From: Streptosporangiaceae bacterium
GTDB taxonomy: Bacteria > Actinomycetota > Actinomycetes > Streptosporangiales > Streptosporangiaceae
Length of the DNA: 61,727 nt
NCBI GenBank assembly: GCA_036391385.1
Contig: DASWAA010000232.1
Location: forward strand, 1-61,727
Direction: 5' to 3'
Within the stretch, counting starts at the first letter, position 1. Every line of letters begins with the position of its first letter. Shown piece by piece: positions 33,062 to 44,219 of the stretch. Made by a program: the position numbers and the translations under genes. Below the pieces are notes generated by a model. It was not told where the DNA came from. It was given only the letters and a program-made list of their open reading frames with translations, and searched no databases.

Positions 33062-34117
33062 GTGCTGGCGTCAGCGCTCGCGTGCGGCTGCGCGCGTTCC
33101 GCCGTGCCGGGAGTGCTCTTTGCCAGACGGTGGCTGGTGCGTGCCCTAGTGGTGCCCGTCCGGCGTACTCTTGGCGAGCCGGCCAGCCCCGGCCTGGGCG
33201 GACGGGCTAGCTGGTTAACTGGTAATGAACCAGGACTCAGCACGCGTAGCAGCACCGAGGACCGGAGGGACCCACTGCCCGCCGAAACCAGCCCGCGACA
33301 AGCTCAGGGCGACCCCGATCAGCAGGACGGCACGAGACGGACCGCGAGCGCGGGCCAGTCCGATCGGCCGGAGTCAGCCGACCAGCCGCAGGCCGCCCTC
33401 CCCGGCCTGCCGAGGCTGTTCTTCGCTGAGCAGCCAGATTCGGCGCAGGGGGCGGCACCGCAGTGGGACCCGCCACAAGGCCAGCCCTCCGGGCAGCCGC
33501 CGCCACAAGGCCAGCCGTGGGGCCCGCCGCAGGCTCCCGGCCAGCCGCCACAAGGCCAGCCGTGGGGGCCTCCGCAGGCTCCCGGCCAGGGTCCAGGCAA
33601 GCTCGGGTTCGGCGACCGGCCCGTGCCGCAGCGCGCTCGTCCGGGAAGCGGTCAGCAGCGGACCAGGCAGCCGGACCGTGAGCTGAGGCAGCGCGCGATG
33701 GCCGCGCTCGTCCTGGCCTTGCTGAGCCTGGCGGGAATCCTGCTCGGCTGGAACTCCATCGTGCACCGCGGTGTCTACTTGCTCTTCTTCGGCGCGGTCG
33801 TGGGCATCGCCGCCTGCGTGATCGGCATTACCGCGCTGGTCAAGGCCCGGCGGACCGCCTCCTTCCGGCCGCGCGGCGCCGCGGGCGGCATCGTCCTCGG
33901 CACTCTCGCCGTCGCGCTGACCATTCCCACGATCGTGATCTACCTCGCGTTCCCGGCTCAGTTCAACACCTACGTCAGGTGCGCGAGCCAGGCCCAGACG
34001 ACCCAGCAGCAGCAGGCCTGTTACAACAACTTCCGCAAGTCGGTGATGAACGCCGTCGTCGGGTCGGGCGGCGGACGGATCACGGTCAGGTCAGGGCAGC
34101 GCGGAGGGGTCGCCTGA
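33062..34117 (+). CDS. Pro/Gln-rich membrane protein (Rv0954-like position next to purN/PerM); start uncertain
   Basis: The low-complexity N-terminal part contains PPQGQPWGPPQAPGQ repeats. It is followed by 3 hydrophobic helices (ALVLALLSLAGILLG, VYLLFFGAVVGIAACVIGITALV, GIVLGTLAVALTIPTIVIYLAF). The GTG at 33062 is only 15 nt from the divergent purN start; in-frame GTGs at 33137, 33149 and 33152 are alternatives. Confidence 0.6.
   Translation: MLASALACGCARSAVPGVLFARRWLVRALVVPVRRTLGEPASPGLGGRASWLTGNEPGLSTRSSTEDRRDPLPAETSPRQAQGDPDQQDGTRRTASAGQSDRPESADQPQAALPGLPRLFFAEQPDSAQGAAPQWDPPQGQPSGQPPPQGQPWGPPQAPGQPPQGQPWGPPQAPGQGPGKLGFGDRPVPQRARPGSGQQRTRQPDRELRQRAMAALVLALLSLAGILLGWNSIVHRGVYLLFFGAVVGIAACVIGITALVKARRTASFRPRGAAGGIVLGTLAVALTIPTIVIYLAFPAQFNTYVRCASQAQTTQQQQACYNNFRKSVMNAVVGSGGGRITVRSGQRGGVA
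33500..33589 (+). repeat. In-frame 45-nt tandem duplication encoding PPQGQPWGPPQAPGQ x2
   Basis: Copy 1 (33500..33544) and copy 2 (33545..33589) differ at 2 positions. A partial third copy lies just upstream (about 33470). Confidence 0.85.
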
Positions 34118-35512
34118 CGGGCGCGGTGCCGTGCCATCGGTTTCGCCTGCCCATCTGTCGAGATAGATGACGTGACCGTCGTCCGCGGGCCGACCGGGCT
34201 TGATTCGCTGGCCTGACGGCGGCGCGGCGTCGGGCGCCGCCTGCACCGATGGCCAGCGCGCCCGCACGATCCACCAGTTCGCCGCGCCCGCGGTGATCGC
34301 CGCCGCCAGGCCGACCTCCAGGACGGCCACGGCACCGACCTGCCAGGCCGACGGCCCTACTGCCGACATCCGGCCGTCACCGAGCGGGCCGCCGGCGAAG
34401 GCAGCCAGCACGGCCAGCACGACGCCAGTGAGCAGGCCGCTGCAAAAGCCCCTGACCGGTGCCGACTCAAGGACCGTCGTCGGTGCCACCCGCACGACAA
34501 GCAGGCCGCCGATCGCCCCGGCCAGATAGGGGATCGCGAGCATCACGGCCCCGAGCCAGCCTGGTCCCGAGCCATGCGCGCCGACAGGCAGCGCTGCCAG
34601 CAGCGGGAACGCGGGCAAGGGGCCGACGACGGACCCGGTCGGCGCCACGACCGTGCCGGCGCCTACCGCGAAGCCCGGTCCGAGCATGTACGCGATGGCC
34701 CACAGCACAGCGTTGGGCAGGTAGGCAAGCTGGGCGAGCAGAAGCAGCCCGGACCCGACGATGCCCGGACTGAGCAGCTGGTAGACGGCACCGTACCTGT
34801 GCACGTCCCCGGCGAGGGCCAGGGCCGTCGCCATAGCTCCCGCGGCGACGAGCACGGCAAGAGATGCCGCTGTCCCGGCTAGCACCGAGCGCATGCGCAC
34901 TGACATCAGCGCACCCAGCTGAGTCCACGGTGCCAGCGCACGGGCCGCTCCGAGTGCCGCGGCGCAGAACGAGATGGTGAAGCCCGCCAGCACTGCCTGC
35001 GGTACCGACGCGGCAGCGAGTCCGGACCTGCTGGCGATCGCCAGTGCCCCGGCCAGTGCCGCATAGGGCAGGGCGACGGTCAGCGCCACCGCGAGCGCCT
35101 GCCGCAGCCCGGTGACGGCGTGGCCGCGCACCACCGACCGGCCGGCCCGCCACAGCAGGGTCCCGGGCAGCAGCACCAGGCCGAGTGGCAGCATGCCGAT
35201 CCGGCCAGCACCGGCGACCTGGACCTCGGCGTGGTGACCAGCCAGCCAGAGCACGGCGGCGGTGCGCAGCACGCCGGCCAGGCCGAGGCCGAGATGCGGA
35301 GCGGCGATCCAGCCGACCAGGACCAGCATCGTCACCGTCGCCAGTCCGGCCCCGGCAGCCGTGACTGCCGCCCAGGCCCCGGCGACGAGCAGCGGCCTGG
35401 TCATGCCAGGCCAGGCGGTCTCGCCCGGCCTGGCCCCGCCGGTCCCCTGGCCGTCCTGCGCAGCGAGCCGGGCACTACGGGCCGAAGTCGTCACAAGACT
35501 CAACCCTGGCAA
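34091..35512 (-). CDS. Polytopic integral membrane protein, PerM-like (DUF6350-type)
   Basis: This 473-aa protein has about 10 Ala/Leu/Gly-rich TM segments. It sits between sucD and purN as M. tuberculosis perM does (from memory). It overlaps the convergent upstream gene by 27 nt. Confidence 0.65.
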   Translation of the reverse strand: MPGLSLVTTSARSARLAAQDGQGTGGARPGETAWPGMTRPLLVAGAWAAVTAAGAGLATVTMLVLVGWIAAPHLGLGLAGVLRTAAVLWLAGHHAEVQVAGAGRIGMLPLGLVLLPGTLLWRAGRSVVRGHAVTGLRQALAVALTVALPYAALAGALAIASRSGLAAASVPQAVLAGFTISFCAAALGAARALAPWTQLGALMSVRMRSVLAGTAASLAVLVAAGAMATALALAGDVHRYGAVYQLLSPGIVGSGLLLLAQLAYLPNAVLWAIAYMLGPGFAVGAGTVVAPTGSVVGPLPAFPLLAALPVGAHGSGPGWLGAVMLAIPYLAGAIGGLLVVRVAPTTVLESAPVRGFCSGLLTGVVLAVLAAFAGGPLGDGRMSAVGPSAWQVGAVAVLEVGLAAAITAGAANWWIVRARWPSVQAAPDAAPPSGQRIKPGRPADDGHVIYLDRWAGETDGTAPRPSGDPSALP

Positions 35513-35562
35513 TCGCGACCGGCACGCCGTTGGAGGCGCGCCGGAAGCCCCGCGCCCGGTAA

Positions 35563-36450
35563 TTAGCTGCCCTGCATCAGCTCCCGGGCCAGGAGGGCGG
35601 TCTCGCTGGGAGTCCGGCCCACCTTGACTCCCACCTTCTCCAGCGCTTCTTTCTTAGCCTGGGCCGTGCCGGCCGACCCTGAGATGATCGCGCCCGCATG
35701 GCCCATCGTCTTGCCTTCGGGCGCGGTGAAGCCGGCGACGTAGGCGACGACCGGCTTGGTGACGTTCGCCTCGATGAAGGCAGCGGCCCGCTCCTCGGCA
35801 TCACCGCCGATCTCGCCGATCATCACGATCGCGTCGGTCTCCGGGTCGTCCTGGAACGCCTGCAGGCAGTCGATATGCGTGGTGCCGATGATCGGGTCGC
35901 CGCCGATACCGACACCAGTAGAGAATCCGATGTCCCGCAGTTCGTACATCATCTGGTACGTCAGCGTTCCCGACTTGGAGACCAGGCCGATCCGGCCCTC
36001 GCTGGTGATGTCGGCCGGGATGATCCCGGCATTGGACTTACCGGGCGAGGCCACGCCCGGACAGTTCGGCCCGATGATGCGGGTGGCGTTACCGCGCGAG
36101 CAGGCATACGCCCAGAAGGCCGCCGTGTCGTGCACGGGGATGCCCTCGGTGATGACGATGACCAGGCCGATTCCGGCATCCACCGCCTCGATCACGGCGT
36201 CCTTGGTCCCGGCGGGCGGCACGAAGACGACGGAAACGTCGGCGCCGGTGGCGGCCATCGCGTCACCGACCGTCCCGAAGACGGGAACGCTGGCTCCGCC
36301 GAGCTGTACCGACTGGCCGGCCTTGCGCGGGTTGGTGCCGCCGACCACGCTGGTGCCGGCCGCGATCATCCTCGCGCCGTGCTTGCTCCCCTCCGAGCCC
36401 GTGATGCCCTGGACGATGACCCGGCTGTCGCTAGTGAGGAAGATCGCCAT
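35563..36450 (-). CDS. sucD: Succinate--CoA ligase subunit alpha
   Basis: ATG 36450 ([21 protein letters not shown]) lies 1 nt after the sucC stop. The sequence contains [14 protein letters not shown] and the catalytic His in GHAGAII. Confidence 0.94.
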   Translation of the reverse strand: MAIFLTSDSRVIVQGITGSEGSKHGARMIAAGTSVVGGTNPRKAGQSVQLGGASVPVFGTVGDAMAATGADVSVVFVPPAGTKDAVIEAVDAGIGLVIVITEGIPVHDTAAFWAYACSRGNATRIIGPNCPGVASPGKSNAGIIPADITSEGRIGLVSKSGTLTYQMMYELRDIGFSTGVGIGGDPIIGTTHIDCLQAFQDDPETDAIVMIGEIGGDAEERAAAFIEANVTKPVVAYVAGFTAPEGKTMGHAGAIISGSAGTAQAKKEALEKVGVKVGRTPSETALLARELMQGS

Positions 36451-36451
36451 C

Positions 36452-37648
36452 TCATGCTCCCGTCGCGGCCAGGCTGGCCAGCTCGGCGGCGCGCCGCGCC
36501 GCGTCATCCATCGTCGCTACCTGCTCGACAACGGCGATGCCAGCCTCGGTCAGGATCCGGCGGCCCTCGGCGGCGTTGTTGCCGTCCAGCCGGACCACGA
36601 TCGGGTGGCGCACCTGCTCGCCCCGGTCAGCGAGGATCCCGATCGCCGTCACGATGCCGTTGGCGACGGCGTCGCAGGAGGTGATGCCGCCGAAGACGTT
36701 GACCAGGACGGAACGAACCGACGGGTCGGACAGCACGATGTCCAGGCCGTTGGCCATGACCTCGGCCGACGCGCCGCCGCCGATGTCGAGGAAGTTCGCG
36801 GGCCTGATGCCGCCGAAGTCCTCTCCTGCGTAGGCGACCACATCGAGCGTCGACATGACCAGGCCTGCGCCGTTGCCGATGATGCCGACGGCGCCGTCGA
36901 GCTTGACATAGTTCAGGTGCTTGGCCTTGGCCCGCGCCTCGATCGGGTCGGCTGACTCCGGATCGGCGAACTGTGCGTGCTCCTGCCGGAAGGCAGCGTT
37001 GTCGTCGAGCGTCACCTTGCCGTCGAGCGCGACGACCCGGCCGTCCTTGGTGAGGATCATCGGATTGACCTCGACGAGCGTGGCGTCCTCGTCGGTGAAG
37101 ACCGCCCACAGCCGCTCGGCGAGTTCGGCGGCGCCGGCCGCCGCCTCCGCCGGAAGGCCGCCCGCCTGGATGATCTCGGCAGCCTTGGCCCGGTCAACGC
37201 CTGCCAGCGGGTCGATCCCGATCCGCGCGACCGCTTCGGGGCTGGTATGGGCTACTTCCTCGATCTCCATGCCGCCCTGCACGGAGCAGATCGACATGAA
37301 CTGCCGGCCCGCCCGGTCGAGCAGGAAGGACAGGTAGTACTCCTGCGCGATGTCGCTGGCTTCCTCGACCAAGACCTTATGCACGGTGTGGCCCTTGATG
37401 TCCATGCCGAGGATCTGCGTCGCCTTCTCGAAGGCGTCGTCCGGGCCGTCGGCCACCTTGACGCCCCCGGCCTTGCCCCGGCCGCCGGTCTTGACCTGGG
37501 CCTTGACCACGACCCGCGGCTGGCCGGCCGCGGCCAGCTCGGCCGCGATGGCCCGCGCCTCCTGCGCCGTGTGAGCGACCTTGCCGCCCGGCACTGGCAC
37601 GCCGTACTCGGCGAAGAGCTCTTTTGCTTGATGCTCGAACAAGTCCAC
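36452..37648 (-). CDS. sucC: Succinate--CoA ligase (ADP-forming) subunit beta
   Basis: The GTG 37648 start gives [20 protein letters not shown]. The sequence contains [43 protein letters not shown] and [10 protein letters not shown]. Confidence 0.94.
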   Translation of the reverse strand: MDLFEHQAKELFAEYGVPVPGGKVAHTAQEARAIAAELAAAGQPRVVVKAQVKTGGRGKAGGVKVADGPDDAFEKATQILGMDIKGHTVHKVLVEEASDIAQEYYLSFLLDRAGRQFMSICSVQGGMEIEEVAHTSPEAVARIGIDPLAGVDRAKAAEIIQAGGLPAEAAAGAAELAERLWAVFTDEDATLVEVNPMILTKDGRVVALDGKVTLDDNAAFRQEHAQFADPESADPIEARAKAKHLNYVKLDGAVGIIGNGAGLVMSTLDVVAYAGEDFGGIRPANFLDIGGGASAEVMANGLDIVLSDPSVRSVLVNVFGGITSCDAVANGIVTAIGILADRGEQVRHPIVVRLDGNNAAEGRRILTEAGIAVVEQVATMDDAARRAAELASLAATGA

Positions 37649-37779
37649 GTCTGGGGGTCCGTCCTGACTGATGCTGCGGCTCGGCTCGCAGCGATGCCCA
37701 CACATCCGGATTGTCTTCGGCGCCGCCCAAGCAGCGGCCGCCCGCCAGGAAGCCTAGCGGTCAGCCAGTGCCCGCCTGG

Positions 37780-38193
37780 TCAGCCGGCCCGGGATTGCGC
37801 CTTCGCGCCAAGCGCTGACTGGACCCAGTCCGCGATCTCGTGGGTCGGCGCGCCCGGCGTGAAGATCTTCGCGACCCCCATCGCCTGCAGTTCGGCGATG
37901 TCGGCGTCGGGGATTATTCCGCCGCCGAACACCACGATGTCGGTCGCGCCCTGCTCGCGCAGCAGCTCGAGCACCCGCCCGAACAGCGTCATGTGCGCGC
38001 CCGACAGGATGGACAGGCCGATCGCGTCGGCGTCCTCCTGCACGGCGGCGGCCACGATCTGGTCGGGCGTCTGGTGCAGCCCGGTGTAGATGACCTCGAC
38101 CCCCGCGTCGCGCAGCGCCCGCGCCACGACCTTCGCGCCGCGGTCATGCCCGTCCAGGCCAGGCTTGGCGATGATGACCCGGATGCTTCCCAT
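37780..38193 (-). CDS. Stand-alone cobalamin(B12)-binding domain protein (acyl-CoA mutase small-subunit type)
   Basis: ATG 38193 is preceded by GGAGGGCGCAGGAG. The sequence contains [35 protein letters not shown]...[14 protein letters not shown]...VVFGGGIIP, i.e. the DxHxxG...SxL...GG B12-binding signature. Confidence 0.85.
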   Translation of the reverse strand: MGSIRVIIAKPGLDGHDRGAKVVARALRDAGVEVIYTGLHQTPDQIVAAAVQEDADAIGLSILSGAHMTLFGRVLELLREQGATDIVVFGGGIIPDADIAELQAMGVAKIFTPGAPTHEIADWVQSALGAKAQSRAG

Positions 38194-38279
38194 GACTCCT
38201 GCGCCCTCCAGCCGCGAATGCCTCACCCGCAGCGTATCCGGTCCACAGCCGGGAGAGCCGGCGGCATCGGCTGGTTCAG

Positions 38280-40526
38280 CTATAGCTTCTCGATCGGCGC
38301 GTAGCGCAGCAGCAGGTGCTTGATGCCGTACTCCTCGCCGAAGTCCACCTTGGCCTCGGGGTCGTCGCCGCGGCCCTCGACGGACAGCACCCGCCCGAGG
38401 CCGTAGCTGTCGTGGTTGACCAGGTCGCCAGGCTGCAGCGCGGGCACCGGCCGGTTGCCCGGCGCGTTGACGCCGGCCCGGCGCGCTAGTCGCTCGGAGG
38501 CCGGTGACAGCGACGACGAGGCCGCCGAGGCATCGCGGCGCCAGTCGAGCAGCTCGGCCGGGATCTCGGACAGGAACCTGGACTGCTTGTGGTAGGCGGG
38601 CCGGCCCCACCACGCGCGCGCCACGGCGCGAGTCAGGTACAGCCGCTCCCGTGCCCTCGTGATCCCGACGTAGGCGAGCCTGCGCTCCTCCTCAAGCTCC
38701 CGGTCGTCGTTGATCGACCGCTCGTGCGGGAAGACGTTCTCCTCCATCCCGGTGAGGAAGACGACCGGGAACTCGAGCCCCTTGGCGGTGTGCAGTGTCA
38801 TCAGCGTGACCAGCCCGCCGTGGTCGGGACCCTCGGGAATCTCGTCGGCATCGGCGACCAGCGACACCTGCTCGAGGAAGGCAGCCAGCCCGCCGCCCGC
38901 GTTACGCGCGTCGAATTCCCTGGCGACCGATACGAGCTCGGTGAGGTTCTCCGCCCGCCCGGCGTCCTGCAGGTCGCTGGAGGCCTCGAGCTCGGCGATG
39001 TACCCGGTCCGGTCGAGTACGGCCTCGGCCAGGTCCCCGACCGGCGTGCCGGATTCGGCTGCCTGCCTGAGCTCGGCGATCAGCTCGTTGAAGGCCTCGA
39101 TCGCCTTCACCGAGCGGGCCGGCAGCCCCGGGACGTCCGCCGGGCGCGCGAGCGCGGCGGCGAAGGGGATCCTGTCCCTGGCACCCAGGCCGGCCACGTA
39201 CTCAAGGGCCCGGTCGCCGATGCCGCGGCGCGGCACGTTGACGACCCGGCGCAGCGAGATCTCGTCCTGCGGGTTGGCGATCAGGCGCAGGTACGCCAGC
39301 AGGTCACGGACCTCACGGCGCTCGTAGAACCGGACCCCGCCGACCACCTTGTACGGCACGCCCGCCCGGATGAACACCTCCTCGAACACGCGCGACTGCG
39401 CATTGGTTCGGTAGAAGACGGCCACGTCGCCTGCAGTGGCGTCGCCGGCGTCGGCGAGCTTGTCCACCTCCTCGGCGACGAACGCCGCCTCGTCGTGCTC
39501 GCTGTCGGCCACATAGCCGGTGATCGGCGGGCCGCTGCCCGCGTCTGACCACAGGTTCTTCGGCATCCGGCCGGTGTTGCGCGCGACGACGGCGTTCGCG
39601 GCGGCGAGGATGTTCTGCGTCGAGCGGTAGTTCTGCTCGAGCAGGATGACCCTCGCGCCGGGGAAGTCGCGCTCGAACTCGGTGATGTTGCGTATCGTCG
39701 CGCCGCGGAATGCGTAGATTGACTGGTCCGCGTCACCGACCACGCACAGCTCGGCGGGCGGCATGAAGTCGTCGCCGGCGAGCTGACTGGCCTGGCCTCC
39801 GCCGACGAGTTCCCTGATCAGCACGTACTGGGCGTGGTTGGTGTCCTGATATTCGTCAACGAGGACGTGGCGGAACCGTCGCCGGTAGGCCTGCGCCACG
39901 TCAGGCAATGCCTGCAGCAAGTTGACGGTGACCATGATCAGGTCGTCGAAGTCCATCGCGCCGGCCGCGACGAGCCGCCGCTGGTACTCACCGTACGCCT
40001 GCGCCAGCGCCTTCTCCCGGTAGCCCGACGCCCGGGACGCCGCGGTCTCGTAATCGAGCAGCTCGTTCTTGAGCGTGCTGACCCGCCCGGCCATCGCCTT
40101 CGGCGGGTGGTACTTGGGATCCAGGTCAAGCTCACGGCAGACCAGCGCCATCAGCCGTTCGGAGTCGGCCTGGTCGTAGATGGTGAACGAGGACGGGTAA
40201 CCGAACCTGCTCGCCTCCCGGCGCAGGATCCGCACGCAGGCCGAGTGGAAGGTAAGGAGCCACATGCCGCGCGCCCGGGCGCCGGTGAGTGCCTGGGCGC
40301 GGGCCGCCATCTCCCCGGCCGCCTTGTTGGTGAACGTGATCGCGAGGATCTCAGGCGGTGCCACGTCCCGCTCGGCGACCAGGTACGCGATCCGGTGCGT
40401 GAGCACCCGGGTCTTGCCTGAGCCCGCCCCGGCGACGATGAGCAGCGGGCCGCCCTCGTGCAGCACGGCCGCGCGCTGCTGCGGGTTCAGTCCGTCCAGG
40501 AGGGAGTCAGCCGCCGTCATGGTCAC
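38280..40526 (-). CDS. pcrA: ATP-dependent DNA helicase PcrA/UvrD (SF1)
   Basis: The sequence contains LNPQQRAAV, the Walker [57 protein letters not shown] and YVGITRA. Confidence 0.93.
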   Translation of the reverse strand: MTMTAADSLLDGLNPQQRAAVLHEGGPLLIVAGAGSGKTRVLTHRIAYLVAERDVAPPEILAITFTNKAAGEMAARAQALTGARARGMWLLTFHSACVRILRREASRFGYPSSFTIYDQADSERLMALVCRELDLDPKYHPPKAMAGRVSTLKNELLDYETAASRASGYREKALAQAYGEYQRRLVAAGAMDFDDLIMVTVNLLQALPDVAQAYRRRFRHVLVDEYQDTNHAQYVLIRELVGGGQASQLAGDDFMPPAELCVVGDADQSIYAFRGATIRNITEFERDFPGARVILLEQNYRSTQNILAAANAVVARNTGRMPKNLWSDAGSGPPITGYVADSEHDEAAFVAEEVDKLADAGDATAGDVAVFYRTNAQSRVFEEVFIRAGVPYKVVGGVRFYERREVRDLLAYLRLIANPQDEISLRRVVNVPRRGIGDRALEYVAGLGARDRIPFAAALARPADVPGLPARSVKAIEAFNELIAELRQAAESGTPVGDLAEAVLDRTGYIAELEASSDLQDAGRAENLTELVSVAREFDARNAGGGLAAFLEQVSLVADADEIPEGPDHGGLVTLMTLHTAKGLEFPVVFLTGMEENVFPHERSINDDRELEEERRLAYVGITRARERLYLTRAVARAWWGRPAYHKQSRFLSEIPAELLDWRRDASAASSSLSPASERLARRAGVNAPGNRPVPALQPGDLVNHDSYGLGRVLSVEGRGDDPEAKVDFGEEYGIKHLLLRYAPIEKL

Positions 40527-40585
40527 CTGTTCACCTTAGGCGCTGGCGCTGACAGCGAGGTGCCGCTGCCGGAAGGCGGCTGGGT

Positions 40586-41170
40586 TCAGCGCTGGCCAGG
40601 CAGCGCGACCAGTTCGGCTGGCACGATCGTCACGGGGAACGGCCGCTCGGCCTTGAACGCCTCATCGCCGCTGACCTCGGTCACCTGACGATAGCTGCCG
40701 CGTCGCAGCTCGAAACAGGTCAGCCGCGGCCGGTCGAGACTTGGCGTCATTATCCAGTACCACGAGATGCCGAAGCCCGCGTAGACGTCCTTCTTCCTGT
40801 TCCTGTCGTAGATCGCAGTGGAAGGCGACGCTACCTCGATGGCCAAATCGGGCGGGCTGCTGACGGACTTCTCGGTCAGCCTGAACTCATCCGCACGGAT
40901 GACGAGAAGGTCAGGAATCCGATACTGGCTCGCTGACATCGCCACCCCGTTTCCCGAGACCACCACGTACTCGGCCGGGCAGGCACTGCCCAGCATCATC
41001 TGCAGCCGGGCAACTACCAGCTGATGGACGTTCGCGGGGGCGGGGGACATGACGATCACCCCGTCATCGAGCTCGTACCGGTTGCCGTCGTCCGGCAGCA
41101 GGTCGAGGTCCTCGACGGTCAGCGGCCGGTCGTCCGGCAGCCCGGTCCTCTGCGCGGTCATGACACTCAT
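40586..41170 (-). CDS. Uma2-family (DUF820) putative restriction-endonuclease-fold protein
   Basis: The ATG 41170 start gives 194 aa. The sequence contains LTVEDLDLLPDDGNRYELDDGVIVMSPAP...PDLLV...PPDLAIEVASPST...DRNRKKDVYAGFGISWYWI, the typical Uma2 PD-(D/E)xK pattern. Confidence 0.8.
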   Translation of the reverse strand: MSVMTAQRTGLPDDRPLTVEDLDLLPDDGNRYELDDGVIVMSPAPANVHQLVVARLQMMLGSACPAEYVVVSGNGVAMSASQYRIPDLLVIRADEFRLTEKSVSSPPDLAIEVASPSTAIYDRNRKKDVYAGFGISWYWIMTPSLDRPRLTCFELRRGSYRQVTEVSGDEAFKAERPFPVTIVPAELVALPGQR

Positions 41171-41293
41171 AGTGCCCTTCGTCGTGCTCCGCGCGCCAGC
41201 CAGCAGAGTGTCATGACCGCCACCTTGCCAGGCAGCACCGACAGTCCGGCGCGGTTTGCTAGCCCGCACCGACCGACCGCGCGGATCAGCGGA

Positions 41294-42859
41294 TCATTCG
41301 TCAGGGACGAGGGTCGGGGTCGCCCTGGTCAGGGTCTCCTTCCTGAAGAATGCCGGTGCGACCACCCGCATGTAGATGAAGAGCAGCAGGCCGACCAGGG
41401 CCGCACCAGCCGCGATCACGAACGGCCCGCCGACCTGCCAGTGGATCCCCGGTACAGTCCAGTAGGTGTAGTCGTTGCCGGTCGCGAAGTCGTAGTCGAG
41501 CCACGCGCTCCAGCCGCCGAGGAACCACAAGATCAGCGCTCCGGTCACCGGCAAGATGCCCTGCATCCACAGGTTGCGGGCGCTGGTCCTGAGATTCCTG
41601 CGGTAATACCAGGCGCAGGCGAACCCGGTCAGCCCGTAGTAGAAGGCGATATACAGGCCGAGTGCGGTGACCGCGTCGCCGAAGACGCCGGTGGCGTTCG
41701 AAACGTAGTTGATCGACACGTAGAACCCGATCGACACCACGCCCATGACGATCGTGGACACGGACGGGGTCAGGAACCTCGGATGGATCTTCGCGAACGA
41801 CGTCGGCAAGGCCTTGTAGGCAGCCATCGACAAGGTGGTCCGCGCCGTGGGCAGGATCGTGGTCTGGGTCGACGCCGCCGCCGAGGACAGCACCATCAGC
41901 AGGAGCAGGTGGTAGAAGACCGGCCCGGCCCCGGTCGTGCCGAAGATCGCGTTTGACTGCACGGAGAGCACGTCGCCGGCGTTGGCGAGGTTGCCGAGGC
42001 CGTTGCCCTTGGTGCCGATCCCGGCGAACGACTGCATGGACAAGATCACGAGGGTGTAAATGGCCAGCAGGATGATGGTGGACAGGATCGCCGCCCGTCC
42101 GGGCGTGCGGTGCTTGTCCTTGGTTTCCTCGTTGACCGCGACGGCGGTGTCCCAGCCCCAGTAGATGAACACCATCAGGATGATGCCGCTGACGAAAGCG
42201 CTGAACGAGGGGACATTGAACGGGTTGAGCCAGGACCAGTGCGGCGTCAGGTGACCGGCCGGAGCTGACCCGGTGCCGACTTTCACCAGCGCGGTCACCG
42301 AGAGCACGGTCAGCATGACCAGTTCGATCGACAGCAGGACCTTCTGGAAGTTCGCCGAGACCTCGATGCCGATGTAGCAGATGAGGGTCATCAAGATGAT
42401 CCAGATGACCCCGCCAAGCAGCACCCAGCTGCTCGTCGGGTTGCTGCCAATTCCCTTGGCCCCGAATTCCAGGAATACATACACGCTGGCCACCTGGGCG
42501 AGGCTAGCCATCACGATCACGTCGGCGGCCACGATCGCCCAGCCGCCGGCCCAGCCCGATTTCGGCCCGAACGCGCGCGTCGCCCAGGTGAACGTGGTGC
42601 CGCAGTCCGGGTCGGCCTTGTTCATCTCGCTGTAGCCGATCGAGGTGAGCAGCATCGGCACGAACGCCAGGATGGCGATGACCGGTGACTGCAGGCCGAC
42701 AGCAAGCACGACGAAGACGAGCGTGGCCGCGATGCTGTAGGCGGGCGCGACGGACGCTGTCGCGATCACCGTGCTTGAGATCAGGCCGAGCGCGCCGGCC
42801 TTCAGCCCTTTCTCAACCGGCTGCTCGGCCGGCTCGATCAGTCGCCCACTCGCCGTCAT
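41294..42859 (-). CDS. APC-superfamily amino acid/polyamine permease
   Basis: ATG 42859 is preceded by GGGGAGGG. This 521-aa protein has about 12 TM segments. Its N-terminus reads GLKAGALGLISSTVIATASVAPAYS...GYSEMNKADPDCGTTFTW. Confidence 0.85.
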   Translation of the reverse strand: MTASGRLIEPAEQPVEKGLKAGALGLISSTVIATASVAPAYSIAATLVFVVLAVGLQSPVIAILAFVPMLLTSIGYSEMNKADPDCGTTFTWATRAFGPKSGWAGGWAIVAADVIVMASLAQVASVYVFLEFGAKGIGSNPTSSWVLLGGVIWIILMTLICYIGIEVSANFQKVLLSIELVMLTVLSVTALVKVGTGSAPAGHLTPHWSWLNPFNVPSFSAFVSGIILMVFIYWGWDTAVAVNEETKDKHRTPGRAAILSTIILLAIYTLVILSMQSFAGIGTKGNGLGNLANAGDVLSVQSNAIFGTTGAGPVFYHLLLLMVLSSAAASTQTTILPTARTTLSMAAYKALPTSFAKIHPRFLTPSVSTIVMGVVSIGFYVSINYVSNATGVFGDAVTALGLYIAFYYGLTGFACAWYYRRNLRTSARNLWMQGILPVTGALILWFLGGWSAWLDYDFATGNDYTYWTVPGIHWQVGGPFVIAAGAALVGLLLFIYMRVVAPAFFRKETLTRATPTLVPDE

Positions 42860-42971
42860 CGCGCACCCTCCCCTGGTCTTCACCTCAGCGGCGTGTGGCA
42901 CGCTGAGGCTGCGGGGGGTACAAGGATGCTTCCCCGCACCGACCGCTTTCACGACTAATAGGATCGCCAAG

Positions 42972-44180
42972 ATGCGCATACTGCTCGTCGGAGCCGGCGG
43001 AGTTGGCACCGCGTTCGCGCGGATCGCGGCGCGCCGGCAGTTCGCTGACCTGGTCGTCTCCGACTACGACCTGGGCAGGGCGCAGCGCGCGGCGGAGGCC
43101 AGCGACCGCTACCAGGCCGTCAGGATCGACGCCAGGGACGAAGACGCGGTTGCCGGGCTGCTTGCTGAGCACTCCTGCGACGTGCTGATGAACGCCGCCG
43201 ATCCGAGGTTCGTGATGCCGCTGTACCGCGCGGCGCTACGGTCTGGAGCGCACTACCTCGACATGGCGATGTCCCTGTCGCATCCGCACGAGGACGCTCC
43301 CTACAGCAAGACGGGCGTCAAGCTGGGCGACGACCAGTTCGCGATGGCAGACCAGTGGGAGCAGCGCGGGAAGCTGGCCCTCGTCGGCATCGGGGTCGAG
43401 CCGGGGCTGTCCGACATCTTCGCCCGGCATGCCGCGGACACGATGTTCAGCGAGATCGACGAGATCGGCGTGCGGGACGGCGCGAACCTGGCGGTGCGGG
43501 GATACGACTTCGCGCCCACGTTCTCGATCTGGACGACCATCGAGGAGTGCCTGAACCCGCCGGTGATCTGGGAGGCGGACCGCGGCTGGTACACGACCCC
43601 GCCGTTCAGCGAGCCTGAGGTGTTCACCTTCCCGGCCGGCATCGGCGCGGTGGAGTGCGTGAACGTCGAGCATGAGGAAGTGCTGCTGATCCCGCGGTGG
43701 GTGCGGGCCCGGCGGGTGACGTTCAAGTACGGCCTCGGCGAGGAGTTCATCGGGGTGCTCAGGACGCTGCACAAGCTCGGCCTCGATGCCACCGCGCCGG
43801 TCAGCGTCGGCGGCGCCCAGGTCTCGCCGCGTGACGTCGTCGCCGCCTGCCTGCCCGATCCCGCTGGCCTCGGCGCGAAGATGACCGGGCTGACCTGCGC
43901 TGGCACCTGGGTCACCGGTACGGGCAAGGACGGCGCGCCGCGTGAGGTGTACCTGCACCATGTGGTGGACAACGCCTGGTCGATGGCCGAGTACGGATCG
44001 CAGGCCGTCGTATGGCAGACCGCGGTCAACCCTGTCGTGGCCCTGGAGCTGATCGATTCCGGCGCCTGGTCTGGCGCCGGCGTGCTCGGGCCAGAAGCCC
44101 TGCCCGCCCAGCCGTTCCTCGACCTGCTCACCGACTACGGCTCCCCCTGGGCTTGCGAGGAGCGGACGCCTGCCCGCTGA
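42972..44180 (+). CDS. Saccharopine dehydrogenase-like NAD(P)-binding oxidoreductase
   Basis: The ATG 42972 start gives MRILLVGAGGVGTAFARIAA (Rossmann fold). The sequence also contains LALVGIGVEPGLSDIFA and WTTIEECLNPPVIWE, typical of the saccharopine-dehydrogenase / carboxynorspermidine-dehydrogenase family. Confidence 0.8.
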   Translation: MRILLVGAGGVGTAFARIAARRQFADLVVSDYDLGRAQRAAEASDRYQAVRIDARDEDAVAGLLAEHSCDVLMNAADPRFVMPLYRAALRSGAHYLDMAMSLSHPHEDAPYSKTGVKLGDDQFAMADQWEQRGKLALVGIGVEPGLSDIFARHAADTMFSEIDEIGVRDGANLAVRGYDFAPTFSIWTTIEECLNPPVIWEADRGWYTTPPFSEPEVFTFPAGIGAVECVNVEHEEVLLIPRWVRARRVTFKYGLGEEFIGVLRTLHKLGLDATAPVSVGGAQVSPRDVVAACLPDPAGLGAKMTGLTCAGTWVTGTGKDGAPREVYLHHVVDNAWSMAEYGSQAVVWQTAVNPVVALELIDSGAWSGAGVLGPEALPAQPFLDLLTDYGSPWACEERTPAR

Positions 44181-44219
44181 CCGGGCATGCGCTGAAGAAA
44201 GGAAACGGAGATACCCGCT

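Noticed and set aside
33189-33201. A possible ZTP (pfl) riboswitch near purN/purH/folD. CCGGCCTGGGCGG resembles the conserved CCGCCUGGGC element.
   Set aside because: It is on the plus strand, facing the membrane-protein gene rather than purN. It has an extra base relative to the consensus, and I could not find the 5' sub-domain. The 74-nt purH-folD spacer also shows no match.
33225-33686. An ATG-initiated 153-aa ORF that would give the Pro-rich membrane-protein region a conventional ATG start.
   Set aside because: It is in a different frame from the TM-helix-encoding part. Its translation is Arg/Ser-rich, and its third-position GC looks lower than in the 33062 frame. No frameshift linking the two frames is evident.
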